Shown here: positions 1-10,979 of the stretch, one piece after another
Layout of the letters: each line of letters starts with the position of its first letter
Position numbering within the stretch: position 1 is the first letter of the stretch
Assembly (NCBI GenBank): GCA_009859145.1
Contig: VRVR01000002.1
Span: 96,635-160,634 of the forward strand
DNA length: 64,000 bases
From: Andalucia godoyi And28
Lineage: Eukaryota > Protista > Jakobida
Direction: 5' to 3'
Notes under the pieces: model-generated
What the model was told of the DNA's origin: nothing
The model's database searches: none
What the model saw: the letters and a program-made list of their open reading frames with translations, nothing else
Made by a program: the position numbers and the translations under genes

Positions 1-192
1 TCTTTTTCCCTTTTACGCATTCTTCTATTTCTTTTGTTGTGTCAAAACACAGGGTTTCACGGCTTTCCCCAAAAACCAAACGTCGAAGCAGACGGACCTC
101 GCATGGGAAATACGAAAGTTTTTCTCACTCCCCTCCTGCCGTCGACACCCACAAAGGGAGGAAAAGGTAAAGAAAGACGACGAGATTGTATT

Positions 193-1143
193 TTAGTTTC
201 GATAGAGGTCGATTGATCGAATGTCGAGCGAGAAATCCACTTCTTGGGCAAGTGTTTGTCGATCGAAGGTGGATTCTGGGAGCATCTGCAGTCCAATGGC
301 GAGCGACGCGACAGAATTGAGGTTTGGTTCCGTCTGCACATGTTCTTGGACCCTACCGCGCCACGTCAGCACGAACCTATTGAACGGGATCTTAATTGAA
401 ACCCAGTACTTTTCATCAATACCGGGAATCTTTGCATCACTCGTCCGCGGAACAGAGAGTTGCTCAGGTCGGATAAGAGCCATGTACACATCGTCGCGAA
501 CCTGGCTGTCCGTTTTCAATGTCACCGAGACCCCCCGAATCACGCTGCTCGCGCTCACCTCGGCCGGCGCTGCAGTCGTGGATGCTGGCGGTGGTGATGG
601 TGATGACGGCGGCGACGATAAGGTCACTCTCAGCATCGACAAGTCGATTTGCACACCTTCATAATCATGCCAAATTCCCCGAGCTTCTTTTGGTTGGGTG
701 TGATACTGTACCCAGTTTGAAAAGGCACTGATGTGACCTTGCGAGGTCGCTTCTCCGCCGGCATGCACCTTCCTCGAGATACCATCGCATTGTTGCTGCT
801 GCTGTTGTTGTTCTGATTCTCGATGTATACGTTCAAATTCGGAGAGCCTGGGAAATGTTTGCACTGCGGCAAATGCACTAGCCATGTGTTGTCCAGTGTT
901 TTCCACGCTATTTGTGTTTTGTGCAAGTCGCAGCGTTCCGTGAAAAGTATAGAACGGACGGGATTCACTCGGAGGCAGTACGTGGCTTTCTGAATGGCCC
1001 CCAAGTTGACGATCGTCCACTGGCTGCAGTCCCAATCCGCGAATTCCAGAACCCGTCGACGCCGTCAAAACACGGAAAAAAGGTTCAACATGCGGATTGA
1101 TGGACAGCACTTGCTTCAGTCGAGTTGATATCGATTTCAGCAT
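193..1143 (-). CDS. NDUFAF1: Complex I intermediate-associated protein 30 (CIA30) domain protein, mitochondrial complex I assembly factor
   Basis: 316-aa ORF. DDRQLGGHSES matches the CIA30 N-terminal D-x-x-x-G-G-x-S motif. C-terminal WVSIKIPFNRFVLTWRGRVQ...FSLDIRSIDL is typical of CIA30. The basic N-terminus resembles a mitochondrial presequence, and poly-Q and S/P-rich insertions interrupt the domain. Confidence 0.75.
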   Translation of the reverse strand: MLKSISTRLKQVLSINPHVEPFFRVLTASTGSGIRGLGLQPVDDRQLGGHSESHVLPPSESRPFYTFHGTLRLAQNTNSVENTGQHMASAFAAVQTFPRLSEFERIHRESEQQQQQQQCDGISRKVHAGGEATSQGHISAFSNWVQYHTQPKEARGIWHDYEGVQIDLSMLRVTLSSPPSSPSPPPASTTAAPAEVSASSVIRGVSVTLKTDSQVRDDVYMALIRPEQLSVPRTSDAKIPGIDEKYWVSIKIPFNRFVLTWRGRVQEHVQTEPNLNSVASLAIGLQMLPESTFDRQTLAQEVDFSLDIRSIDLYRN

Positions 1144-1440
1144 CTATTTTGAAATCTCCTCTCCGCTCACCCACAACCTCTGCAGCTCCCCTCTCTATTG
1201 CTCTATCTCTCTGTCCCCCTGGTTCTCTGATTCTCACTGGTTCGTGCACACGACACGCGTTTGCTGTTCGAGAGGGGGGTCAAACATGCCTCAACTGGCA
1301 AGCCTCAAGAACCACATAGCACAAAAGAAACCCGATTTTATTCCTCTTGAAATTGAGATGGCGCGTATCGTGTGACTGAGGATCACCAGCAGCCAAGAGC
1401 AGCTCACGGTCTGCGATCGAGGTAGAAGTGGTAGTGGGAA

Positions 1441-1980
1441 ATGACCGGGTCTCGTGAAGTTCCGAAAGATCGGCTGTTCGATAAAGCGATGAAGGATGCG
1501 TGTTGGAATGCATCAAAGCCTGTGCAAGGCCGAGATCCTGAGCGCTGGCGACTTGATCCGGCGGGCAACATTGTAAGTTATGTGCTGCGGGGATGCACAG
1601 GCTGTTTATGCCACGATTACGATCATATTGTTCCGTACAGCAAAGGCGGGAAAACCGAGCTGTCCAATTGCCAGATTCTGCAGTCGCGAGCCAACAAGAT
1701 TAAGGGCAACAAGACAGATGTTAGCCGCGACGAGCTGAAGTCGTGGTCGTGTGCAGTCCAGTACAGCGATGACGTCCTCGATGTGTTTGAAATGGCACTA
1801 TATGGAAACGTGAAGAGACCCGCGCGCATGTGCAGATGTCTCACGATTGGCGAACTCGGAAAGATGATCCAAAAGGGCCAAATCTCTGCAATGGCGGCCG
1901 CTGCGCAAAACTACTGCGTGCGGCCAGATGCTCCAGGTACTCCCAGTTCCGACGCTGCACAAGCAAAGCTCATCGACTGA
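1441..1980 (+). CDS. HNH endonuclease-domain protein (plant/protist GRDPERWR family)
   Basis: 179 aa containing GRDPERWRLDPAGNIV, GCLCHDYDHIVPYSKGG and NCQILQSRANKIKGN, an intact HNH motif with flanking Cys residues. Confidence 0.85.
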   Translation: MTGSREVPKDRLFDKAMKDACWNASKPVQGRDPERWRLDPAGNIVSYVLRGCTGCLCHDYDHIVPYSKGGKTELSNCQILQSRANKIKGNKTDVSRDELKSWSCAVQYSDDVLDVFEMALYGNVKRPARMCRCLTIGELGKMIQKGQISAMAAAAQNYCVRPDAPGTPSSDAAQAKLID

Positions 1981-2251
1981 TTGCTGTTGTTGCAAAGGGA
2001 GAAAAATAATATTAAAAATAATAAATAAATAAATAGCAGAAATCAAAAACAAAAAGAAAGGAGGGGGAAAATGGAAACCATCATGTTGCACTCCAGAGCT
2101 GCGCACGCATATGCATTTACATTGACAGATCCTACACAGCTCCGAGATTTTCTAGCTGTTGTTTCAGTGGCGCGTATGGAGTGGCGTAGCGGACAGAGTA
2201 CACAAGGATGAATAACAGAAACAGAAAATAGAGAGTTCGGATAACAAGGTG

Positions 2252-2551
2252 CTACTTGCCAGACTTGTTTTCTGCTTCGGCGTTCTTTGCTTTCCAAAAG
2301 TCCACGGAGCCTTTCCATGGCCCAAAGTAAAACAACGGCTTCTGCGGTGGGAATCTCTCTCCGGGAAATTCCCTCCAGAAGCGCTCTCGTTTGATCTTCA
2401 TGTATGAAAAGTATGCGATCGACGCCGCCACCATTCCAATGCCAAACGACGCAATCATCAACGGAACCGATGCATTCGGGCTATACTGGCGAATGCGCCG
2501 CCTCAGCTCCCTTGTTTCTAGAATCTCGTACTTTTGGCCCTTTACACTCAT
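2252..2551 (-). CDS. Small single-pass membrane protein (99 aa), function unknown
   Basis: First ATG (MSVKGQKYEIL) lies inside the 182-aa track ORF. One hydrophobic helix (VPLMIASFGIGMVAASIAYFSYM) is followed by basic residues and an aromatic/Pro-rich tail. Confidence 0.55.
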   Translation of the reverse strand: MSVKGQKYEILETRELRRRIRQYSPNASVPLMIASFGIGMVAASIAYFSYMKIKRERFWREFPGERFPPQKPLFYFGPWKGSVDFWKAKNAEAENKSGK

Positions 2552-2732
2552 TTCTTCCCTCCGCTCTCCCGACTCTCCCGGCTCTCCCGGCTCTCCGGCA
2601 CTCTGGACTGCCCCCGAAGACTGTGGGTACGTTTCCCGTCTTTTGAACGAATCGTGAACTGTCAGTGGAAAAATCTGGAGTACAGACGATGAGGGTGGTT
2701 TTTTATTTTTTATTTTACCGGTATTATTTTTT

Positions 2733-3317
2733 TTACAGTAAGCTCTCTGTCCATGCAGGCCGGAGCCCGGTGATGAGTTGCGTAATAGGCCATTCGTCAC
2801 GGTGCAGGATCACTTTAGAGTGCTGATCAAACTCGAGATGAACATGATTGTCAAGCATGATCGCGATCGGCAGGTACTTGAGCTTGTACTTCTGTCGACA
2901 CAGCGCATCCGATTCCACGACGACCTTGCGGTGCTTCTGCTCGCGAGAGTGGTACGGGTGCTGCTCGAGCGGTGTGTGGACATCCAGTGATGTGGAGACG
3001 TTCACGATCGACGCGCAGCACTTTGCAACAAGTCCAAAGAGCCGCGAGACCGACTCTCTTCCATCCCCCATCGACAGCGGATCCTCGAACCGCGTGTCCG
3101 CAGAGTAGTATCGGTCCACGAGCGTCAGGTCAGGGCGACTCGAATACATGCCCGCAAGTATGCTCTCAGATATGCTTTTCACCTCCTCCAGATTCACCCC
3201 CAAAGCCCCTCTTCCATCACCCTCCCTTCCATTCCCAAGGCCTGCATCAAAGTCAAATTCCGGAGCATCAGCGGCTGTAAGCATGTGCCTCCGTTGGCGT
3301 ACATCGCCGTCCGCCAT
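2733..3317 (-). CDS. NTF2/SnoaL-like fold protein
   Basis: YYSADTRFEDPL and the C-terminal HLEFDQHSKVILHRDEW are typical of SnoaL-like domains. First ATG is at 3317 because the track start is TTG. Confidence 0.65.
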   Translation of the reverse strand: MADGDVRQRRHMLTAADAPEFDFDAGLGNGREGDGRGALGVNLEEVKSISESILAGMYSSRPDLTLVDRYYSADTRFEDPLSMGDGRESVSRLFGLVAKCCASIVNVSTSLDVHTPLEQHPYHSREQKHRKVVVESDALCRQKYKLKYLPIAIMLDNHVHLEFDQHSKVILHRDEWPITQLITGLRPAWTESLL

Positions 3318-4226
3318 TCCAGCCAATGAAGCAAGTAAACAAATTCAGACAACGGAACAACGATGAAACTGAAGGAAAACAGTGCAGTGGCAAGAGAGCA
3401 GCAACATCAGCAGCAAAAGAAGAAAGAAAAGGGGGTTGAAAAAACCTGGTCTGCTTTTTGGCTTATACAAAAGAAAACCCACTTCCAGTTCTTGTGTTGT
3501 TGTGGTTTGTTGTTGTAGCAGTAGCTGCAGCAAAGATGAATTCCGTCGCATCTTCATCATCATCTTCTGCTATTTTCGTGGGGTGTGCGCATCTGTCATA
3601 GACAACGAATATCGTAGGGGGCCAGACAGTCTTCTCCCCCAACTGCGAACGACCCAGAGCAAAACCTCAATTTTTAATTAATTATTATTGTTACTATTGT
3701 TTTTTTTGTTGTTGAAAGCGGCTTCCTTCGCTTCGAGCTCCCACATCAGGCCTCAACGCATCCAACGGTCGTAGATCCTATCGGAACACAAATGTCTCCA
3801 ATTTGTCCGACAATCGTTTTTTCCTTGGCTTAAATCTCCGACTCTCCAATTCGGCCTCGAAGGTTTCCCGAATAACGCTGCACGACAGAGGTTCGATCTA
3901 GTGTATTGATTCTTCTTTCGCTGTGAAGTGTGAACTCTCTCATTCGTCCACTCCTTTTCTGTTTTTTGTTGGTTTGTTCGTTGGAAAACAAATCACAAAA
4001 CAACTTGAAGATTTTCCCTTGTTTTCAGGTGCAGTCGGGTTTGACCGTTTCCTTGCTCGCAGTTCCTGTTTCCTGCGTTTGCCCTGTGCCGTCTGCTTCG
4101 TCGGTGTAGAAATCAAAATCAAAATCAAAAACCAAACCAACTATCTCACTAACCAACGGACTAACGAACAATAGCAATAATAATCGTCACAATCATAATC
4201 AGTGGCAACCAACCAAGGGTGTGAAA

Positions 4227-5738
4227 ATGTCGATAGATCCGTCGACCGTCGACACGCATGCGCCGATTTCATATGCTCATGATCCAAACTTGGGCTTCAC
4301 GGCAAGCGAAGACGACCATGACGCTGTGGCTTCGCATCAGAAATGGCTTGATTCGTATTATAAGACTCTTCCGAGTTTGCGAAAACGCTGGCGATGGGCA
4401 CTCAAAGGAACGAATCACTATGTAGACTATGCCAAATTAAGTCCGCGCACAGAAGTATGCTTCTCGTCCGCAGATGAAAAGATCATTTTGGAGCGAATTG
4501 CATCTGGAAAAAGAAGTTATAAGCAGCTCAAAACTCTATGCAAAGCTGGAGTCCCGCACGATCTGCGAGGACTTTGGTGGTACTACTCCTCCGGTGCGTA
4601 CCAGCGTCATGCAGAATCTCCGCACTATTATCAGTATTGCATTTCGCTTTTTGAAAAACACCCACAGGCAAAGGCGTCCATTGTTAGAGATGTGGATCGA
4701 ACGTTTCCGGATCATCCGTTCTTCAAGACAATCCGCGAGCATGTGCCTTCTTGCACCGTGAATAGTGCGCCGAAGCATGCAGCTGGAGATGAAAACAGAA
4801 ATGGGAATGGGAATGGAGACTGCGTGACGCTTCATGAAAATGGAACGTGCCCCGATCATCTTGGCAATGGTGGCACCGAGTCTGCACAGAGTACGCAGCA
4901 GACATTCGGTACCGAACACGATATCAGTGACGGGAATGACGGCGACGCGATCATAGAGAGGATTCCACGAGGCCAACTATTGCTGCAGAATGTGCTTGGT
5001 GCGTATTCGAACCACAATGCAGCAGTTGGGTACTGTCAATCGCTGAATTTTCTGGCGGGTGTGTTGTTGCTGGCAATGGAGGAGGAGCGGGCGTTTTGGA
5101 CGCTGGTGTCGCTGCTCGAAGAGCGGTTTCCAGACCACGCATTCGGAAAAGATCTCTTTGGACTCCGCGTGCAGCAAAATGCGTTGCACCAGATGCTTGC
5201 GGATTTTGAACCTCACATCTATCGGTTCTTATCCAGGGCCCACATGGACACTGCAATGTTTACCACGGGATGGTTTTTGTGTGCGTATCTGAATGTGTTA
5301 CCCGTGTCATCCGTGCTCCGAATATGGGATCTTTTTGTGTTTCAAGGGTCGAAAATCATATTCAGGGTTGCGTTGGCGTTGTTTCGAAGAGCCGAGCCCG
5401 AAATCATGCGCATCAAGAGGCAAAAGAAACAAGAAGACAAGGAAGCTCGTAAGACTGCCAAAGGTGCACAGAGAGATATGGATGATGATTTGGATGCAAT
5501 TCCGTCCTCGTTCTACGTCGGGGAGGTCCTTATGATTATGCGCAACTTGTGTGCTGCCACCTACGATGTCGAAACTGTTTTGGCGCACGCGTTGACGGAT
5601 TACAGATCGCTGAGCAAAAAGGCGGTTGCCCAGTATATGAAAACATCCGGCATGATTGTTGCTGCGGATGATGAGCGGAAACTCGCACTGCGCAGATCTC
5701 AGTCAAATTCCTCGTCAGGTTCTGGGGCCACTCCGTAG
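4227..5738 (+). CDS. TBC-domain Rab GTPase-activating protein
   Basis: GVPHDLRGLWW, arginine finger IVRDVDRTFP, glutamine finger VGYCQSLNFLAG and VLRIWDLFVFQG are all present. A low-complexity insertion of about 80 aa separates the two fingers. Confidence 0.92.
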   Translation: MSIDPSTVDTHAPISYAHDPNLGFTASEDDHDAVASHQKWLDSYYKTLPSLRKRWRWALKGTNHYVDYAKLSPRTEVCFSSADEKIILERIASGKRSYKQLKTLCKAGVPHDLRGLWWYYSSGAYQRHAESPHYYQYCISLFEKHPQAKASIVRDVDRTFPDHPFFKTIREHVPSCTVNSAPKHAAGDENRNGNGNGDCVTLHENGTCPDHLGNGGTESAQSTQQTFGTEHDISDGNDGDAIIERIPRGQLLLQNVLGAYSNHNAAVGYCQSLNFLAGVLLLAMEEERAFWTLVSLLEERFPDHAFGKDLFGLRVQQNALHQMLADFEPHIYRFLSRAHMDTAMFTTGWFLCAYLNVLPVSSVLRIWDLFVFQGSKIIFRVALALFRRAEPEIMRIKRQKKQEDKEARKTAKGAQRDMDDDLDAIPSSFYVGEVLMIMRNLCAATYDVETVLAHALTDYRSLSKKAVAQYMKTSGMIVAADDERKLALRRSQSNSSSGSGATP

Positions 5739-6004
5739 CACGGATGAGTTGTGTTTCATTCTGATTTTGGTTTCTGGACCCACAAAATGATATTTCCTGT
5801 ACAGTTCCTGAATCGCTGGCTTGTTTTTTCAGACTCTCCTTTATTCATCTTCGTCTTCGTCTTCCTTTTCTTTTTCTGTTCGTTTCGTTTACCTGCACGC
5901 TTTGAAAAGCGATGCCGCATTTTCCCGCACCATGGGTGATGAATGCAGAGAGCACACGCACACACACGCAGCAACGTACATACATTTCTCCGAAGTCGCT
6001 GGTC

Positions 6005-9000
6005 TCAGCCACGGGAATTCGAATGCGCGCGCCGACGGTAGGTAGCGGGGGGCTGTCGTGGAGCAGCAGGAACCATGCTATTGGTGGTGATCATTCTTGC
6101 ACTGAGCGAACCACGCTCAGGAACATCTGGAGTTGCTGGAGGTACAGGCCTCCAAGGAGCGATTACGATCTTGTCAATATTCATCTGCGTCACCGGTCGA
6201 GCGGACACTCCAGCCTTTCCTCCAGTCGTCGACAATGAGGCAGACGAGTTGCCATTTCGGCTGGACAAGACGCTCATGATCATTGACGATGCGGCCGAAG
6301 ACGACTGCGGCAGCTTGCCATCCACAGCAGCAGCAGACACGGGCTTTACCACATCCTGCCCTCCTCCCGGCACGCCATTCTCGGACTGATCAATTCTTTC
6401 CAAACTGGCCAGCAAATCAGGGTTGTCTTTCAGAACCGATCGGATAGACCGTGTGGAAACGTCATAGATGGACAAGGACGAAATGCTTCTTGACTGACGA
6501 GGGCTTGCCAATAGACTCTGTTGTTGCTGAATTTGAGCTTTTTTCACCTCCAGACCACGGATGGCAACGTTGTTCGCCCGTTCGCGATCAATGTCGTCTC
6601 CGCTTGTAAGGAGCTGACTGTCTCCGAATGGAGCGCTATCGATATACTTGCGCGTGGGAGATAAAGAAAACGTTGGTAACGACATTCTGATGTTGTAAAG
6701 GTCCATTAAATTTCGGGCGCCTGCCCTCTCAAATTGCTTGACTGCGTCGTCGGATGGTGCTGCAGCACGGCCGGCGTAACCATCGTGATCAAGCGATCCT
6801 GCGTTTTCCGCGGACTTGGAAACGCTAGTCCGCACCACAACTTCGGCAATACTTGGTCCAGAGGGCGCATTCGTACTCGGCGAGATCGGCGAACTCTTGC
6901 TGGGTGCAATTTGCAGAAAGGAAAGTTCATCAAGCCCCGCAGGTGTATCCGTCCTCGAATGTGCTGCGTGTTGCCGTGAAGGTTGCTTTGGCACCACGGA
7001 AGCCGAGGCCGCAGGGTGCTGTTCGGAAGGGCCAGCGCTCATAGCCACCACTGCTGGAACCGCCGCGGTAGCGTTCTTGTCGCACAAGCCTGATGACGAA
7101 GGAGCACTGGACGATCGGGATGTTTGATCCTGCACTCGGAGAGCCGCACGTTCAGTCGATGACGGGAAAGGAACAGCGTTAAGTTCCCATGAGTTTCTCG
7201 GAAATGAAGCGCATGAAACCGTGCCTGCTGAAGGAGAAAATGCAGCTCCCTCTGCATCTTCAATCTCTTTTCCAAAATACGTAGAAGGATGAAAGCTCGC
7301 TGATTTGGGCCGTGAAGATCGGCTTGTGGCAGACAATGGTCGCCCTGCTGAAGTTGGACGACTGCCGGCTGCAGATCCAGCGTTTGCAGGCGAATTCGCT
7401 GCTGATCGGTCAGCTGCAATACCCGTGATGTGCAATGGAGCCAGCATTTCTCCACTTTCGAGAAGCTGCATAGAATGCTGCACTGCCCGACGAATCTTCA
7501 AGATATCCTTGCGATTCTCTTCCACTTTTCGGTGAATTTCCATGACTGTGTCGTACATCCCCGAATTGATGTATTCAACAACCTTGTACAAGAAGAACGC
7601 CCAATCATCCTTCTTTTCGCTTTGCGGTATAATGTCTGATAGTGACAGTCCGCGAGAGGCAAGCAGGGTTGAGAGAGAATCGATGCGCTCGACTTGCAGC
7701 GGCTGGACTGGCACAACCTGGGAAGTCGACGGTACAGCAGCGGCAACTGTTCCTGGCTTGGCGGTCGCGGAGGGAGGACGCTTGGTCTTCTTTGCATAGT
7801 CAAAACCACTGCCAGCAGTAGTAGCATGAACGTCACTGCCGTCAACCAATGACCCCTCCAGATTGCCCGACGAAGAAACGCTCTGCATCACGGCCTGTGG
7901 ACCTGCTTTTCGGTTCGAGATGTTGGTTGCATGCACCATATCTGTCAAAAACTTGTTCAAGGAGTTTTGATGAATGCCGTTCCACACGGCAAGACGTCGC
8001 GCATGCCGCTCCCGAAGACTCGTCCATTTCTTATTCATTGTCTCGTAGTAGAATCTGGCAGAGAATGACGGCTTCGGATGCCGCTTTCGACGGCGCACAC
8101 GCGCAGCCGATGCAGAAGAAGAAGACGGCACTCGTGTTGAGTCTAACTTCATGGAAGCGTCACCTTCAGAGTCCGACGACTCCAATTCCTCCAATTCCTC
8201 CAATTCCTCCTCCTCGTTGCTGCCCTCCTCCAGCTGCTGGAGATGGACGTGGTGCTGGTGCTGCGATTCTTCATCAGTCACAACCGCATCCTCGCCATTT
8301 ACAAGGGGCGCTGCGGGGGTACCGTCCTCCGACTCTTTCAACGCTCTGTCGCACCGCTCCTGGAGAACGCGCAGCTTCACCTTTTCCATCAAGTTCTGCC
8401 AAAGGAGGTATGCTTTTTCGCGCATGATCTTGCGATCGTACGTCCGATATCGCAAAGCAGAATCCGAGAAATCCTTCTCAAGCGCCGGGTTGGTCACCGG
8501 ACGATAGTAAGGTAGCACAGTCATTGCACCCTGTATACTTGCGTCCGAATCTGGATCAAATCGATCATAAAACGAGCGCTTGGAGTCTGCCTTCTCCCTC
8601 TTTTTCTTTTCTTCTTTTTCGACTTTCTCTTGCTCCACATCAAGAATTGATTCCTTGATCGCCTCGAGATCTTCATTCTTTTGCCGAATCTGTTCAAGGA
8701 CATTGTCGAGATTCTTCCTGGCCTCCTCCTCCTCCTTTGCAAACCGCACCAGCATGGATTTCCTTCTGCTTTCAATGACGGAATCCATTTCCATTTGAAT
8801 GCGTCTCGGAACAGCTTGGAGCTCTTCAAGCATGTCTCGGAGGTCCTTTGCTGCATCCTGCGCAGCCAGCGTAAGCATTCGCGCTTCCTTCTTCAGGGCC
8901 TCCACTAACAGCCTTTGTTTCTCAACCTCGCCGCTGCTGGAACCTCGCAAAACCGCAACTTGCTCCTCAAGACCTGATATTTTCTGATACAGTTCTGTCG

Positions 9001-9979
9001 ACCTTATAGCCTGTTCTGTTCGAATGTCGCCAAGACGCTTTTCCAGCTCCGCGATCCTCTTTTGTCGATTCGCAATGTCCTGATCTTTCTCCCGAACCAG
9101 CTGCTTCTGCTTGACAATGACGTCCAGCAATTGGTAGTGCATAACAAACTCTGTCTTGACGGCTCCCGGAACCTCACTCAGCATTTTTCGATTATTCGCC
9201 AGCTCCAAATGCGTGTGTGAGGCATAGGAAAGGTTGTCAAACAGCTCCTGGCGGTAGGATGAGAGTCTGTCAATCACATCGTTCATATTCTCGACAGCGG
9301 AGTCACTGACGTCGACCGCCCCGTCCGCTTCCGAGTTCACAGGAAGTTCTTCGCTTCTCCGAGCCTTGTTTGTCCAGCTTGATAGAGTGGCGTACAGGTC
9401 GTTTCGCTCTTCAAGAGACTGTGAATGTCGTTCCATCGCAGCCTGCGTCTTCACTTTTGACACCATAAATTCATCATCCAGTGACGCGCCGTTCAGCAGA
9501 ACATCGGAGACTGACGACATTCCAAGCACCCGAATGACTGAACAGTGGGGCGGATGGTTCGACAAGTCTGCAGTCCAGCATTCACGATTGCAGTATCGTA
9601 CGCAATGACAATCAGAGCACATACGCTCTTCCTTGTTGGTCACGGACGTCCCCGTCTGCAAGTCCAGTTTCTTCATACAATGTTCGCAAAACGAGTGCTT
9701 ACTTGCCTGTAGTGCAAACGAAACAGAAAGAAGACGATTATCTGTTCCGTACTTTGGATACATTAAAATATTGTTTTTCATCCGACGATTTTGTTTCAGA
9801 AACAGCGACTCGGCCTCCACTGCGCCCGTGACATGTGCTCTTTTTTCACGAACAAGACCCACTCGCAATGCCTGAAACAAGATTTCAGGAGGATCCACAT
9901 CCTTCACCGCCTCCTCTGCAGCATCATACACCGCGATCAAGCCACCATCCGCAGCAGACGCCGACACATAACTGGTCAT
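6005..9979 (-). CDS. Large MYND-type zinc finger + coiled-coil + low-complexity protein
   Basis: About 1324 aa from the first ATG. CEHC...CSDCHCVRYCNRECWTADLSNHPPHC is a MYND finger, followed by long heptad/charged regions and an S/P/A-rich tail. Confidence 0.8.
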   Translation of the reverse strand: MTSYVSASAADGGLIAVYDAAEEAVKDVDPPEILFQALRVGLVREKRAHVTGAVEAESLFLKQNRRMKNNILMYPKYGTDNRLLSVSFALQASKHSFCEHCMKKLDLQTGTSVTNKEERMCSDCHCVRYCNRECWTADLSNHPPHCSVIRVLGMSSVSDVLLNGASLDDEFMVSKVKTQAAMERHSQSLEERNDLYATLSSWTNKARRSEELPVNSEADGAVDVSDSAVENMNDVIDRLSSYRQELFDNLSYASHTHLELANNRKMLSEVPGAVKTEFVMHYQLLDVIVKQKQLVREKDQDIANRQKRIAELEKRLGDIRTEQAIRSTELYQKISGLEEQVAVLRGSSSGEVEKQRLLVEALKKEARMLTLAAQDAAKDLRDMLEELQAVPRRIQMEMDSVIESRRKSMLVRFAKEEEEARKNLDNVLEQIRQKNEDLEAIKESILDVEQEKVEKEEKKKREKADSKRSFYDRFDPDSDASIQGAMTVLPYYRPVTNPALEKDFSDSALRYRTYDRKIMREKAYLLWQNLMEKVKLRVLQERCDRALKESEDGTPAAPLVNGEDAVVTDEESQHQHHVHLQQLEEGSNEEEELEELEELESSDSEGDASMKLDSTRVPSSSSASAARVRRRKRHPKPSFSARFYYETMNKKWTSLRERHARRLAVWNGIHQNSLNKFLTDMVHATNISNRKAGPQAVMQSVSSSGNLEGSLVDGSDVHATTAGSGFDYAKKTKRPPSATAKPGTVAAAVPSTSQVVPVQPLQVERIDSLSTLLASRGLSLSDIIPQSEKKDDWAFFLYKVVEYINSGMYDTVMEIHRKVEENRKDILKIRRAVQHSMQLLESGEMLAPLHITGIAADRSAANSPANAGSAAGSRPTSAGRPLSATSRSSRPKSASFHPSTYFGKEIEDAEGAAFSPSAGTVSCASFPRNSWELNAVPFPSSTERAALRVQDQTSRSSSAPSSSGLCDKNATAAVPAVVAMSAGPSEQHPAASASVVPKQPSRQHAAHSRTDTPAGLDELSFLQIAPSKSSPISPSTNAPSGPSIAEVVVRTSVSKSAENAGSLDHDGYAGRAAAPSDDAVKQFERAGARNLMDLYNIRMSLPTFSLSPTRKYIDSAPFGDSQLLTSGDDIDRERANNVAIRGLEVKKAQIQQQQSLLASPRQSRSISSLSIYDVSTRSIRSVLKDNPDLLASLERIDQSENGVPGGGQDVVKPVSAAAVDGKLPQSSSAASSMIMSVLSSRNGNSSASLSTTGGKAGVSARPVTQMNIDKIVIAPWRPVPPATPDVPERGSLSARMITTNSMVPAAPRQPPATYRRRAHSNSRG

Positions 9980-10013
9980 TCGCAGCAAAAGAAACCCCCA
10001 ACTCGTCCAAAAC

Positions 10014-10016
<3 letters not shown>

Positions 10017-10059
<43 letters not shown>

Positions 10060-10065
10060 GAGAGA
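10017..10065. repeat. (GA)n microsatellite
   Basis: About 24 GA units with one interruption, roughly 40 nt upstream of the MYND gene ATG. Confidence 0.95.
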
Positions 10066-10979
10066 TTTACAGCAAAAAAAGAAAAGTCAAAGTAAAATTA
10101 AATTAAACTAAAAAGTAAAATATCGATGAAAGATCAGTCAAGATACCAAAAACAAAAACAAAAAAACACGAGCAGCGAATTGCAGATGACTGCTGGGATA
10201 GATGCTTTGGTTTCGTTTCGTTTCGTTTCGACTCCGACTCCGAGTTGTGCCTGCGAAATTATTTCATCCCTTTTTGCGTAAATTCTCAGACAAGACAAAA
10301 ACGGTGGGTGGGACGATTAAAAACCTGTGTCGCAGAAAGACTAACAGCAATCACAGAGAAAAATTCCCCAAAAAGTTCAGCATCGTGTTTGAAGGGGAAA
10401 AACGTTTGTTGCAAAAACAACAGATCCCCAAGAAGATCCGGCAGAGGATGATACGATACGATAGCAAAACCACATGATGTTTTTTTTACAACAGCAATCC
10501 ACCACGAAAGCAACAACAAGAATAACAACAACAGCAACAAGAAACGACTCGAAAAAAGAAATGAAAAATGGAGAGAGCAACATAAACATTCACAACAAAC
10601 ACTTCAAAAAGGCACGCTCAACGAGTGTACATACATACAGGTGCATGCAGGACATCATCATCATGAACCCCAACAGGAACCCTCCCTCTCAGCAAGCACG
10701 AGCACATACAAGGCAAAGCAAGGGCAGATGAGGTGGGCCACTCAGAGAGAAAGGGTGGATTTTTGATTTGCAAGAAGGTTCAGGACGAAAAGGAAGAAAG
10801 GACATCGAAGCAGCTGGAATGAAAGGACACGTTAATTAAATATTAAAAAAACTCCTCGTTATTTTCACTGCTATTCTTCAGTTCTTTTTTTTTCTTTTTT
10901 TTCTGCGTTCTTTCCAGTCTTGCTTGTTTGACACTTTTCCCTTCTTATTTCCTTCCTTCCTTTTTTTTTTTTTGGCTTC

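Noticed and set aside
1441-1980. HNH gene as a mobile homing endonuclease
   Set aside because: It is not inside an intron or intein, has no flanking repeats, and its motifs match a conserved cellular family.
3890-3920. tRNA T-loop-like GGTTCGA and loose U2 snRNA-like GATCTAGTGTA
   Set aside because: There is no T-stem or cloverleaf, and the invariant U2 GUAGUA branch-recognition sequence is absent.
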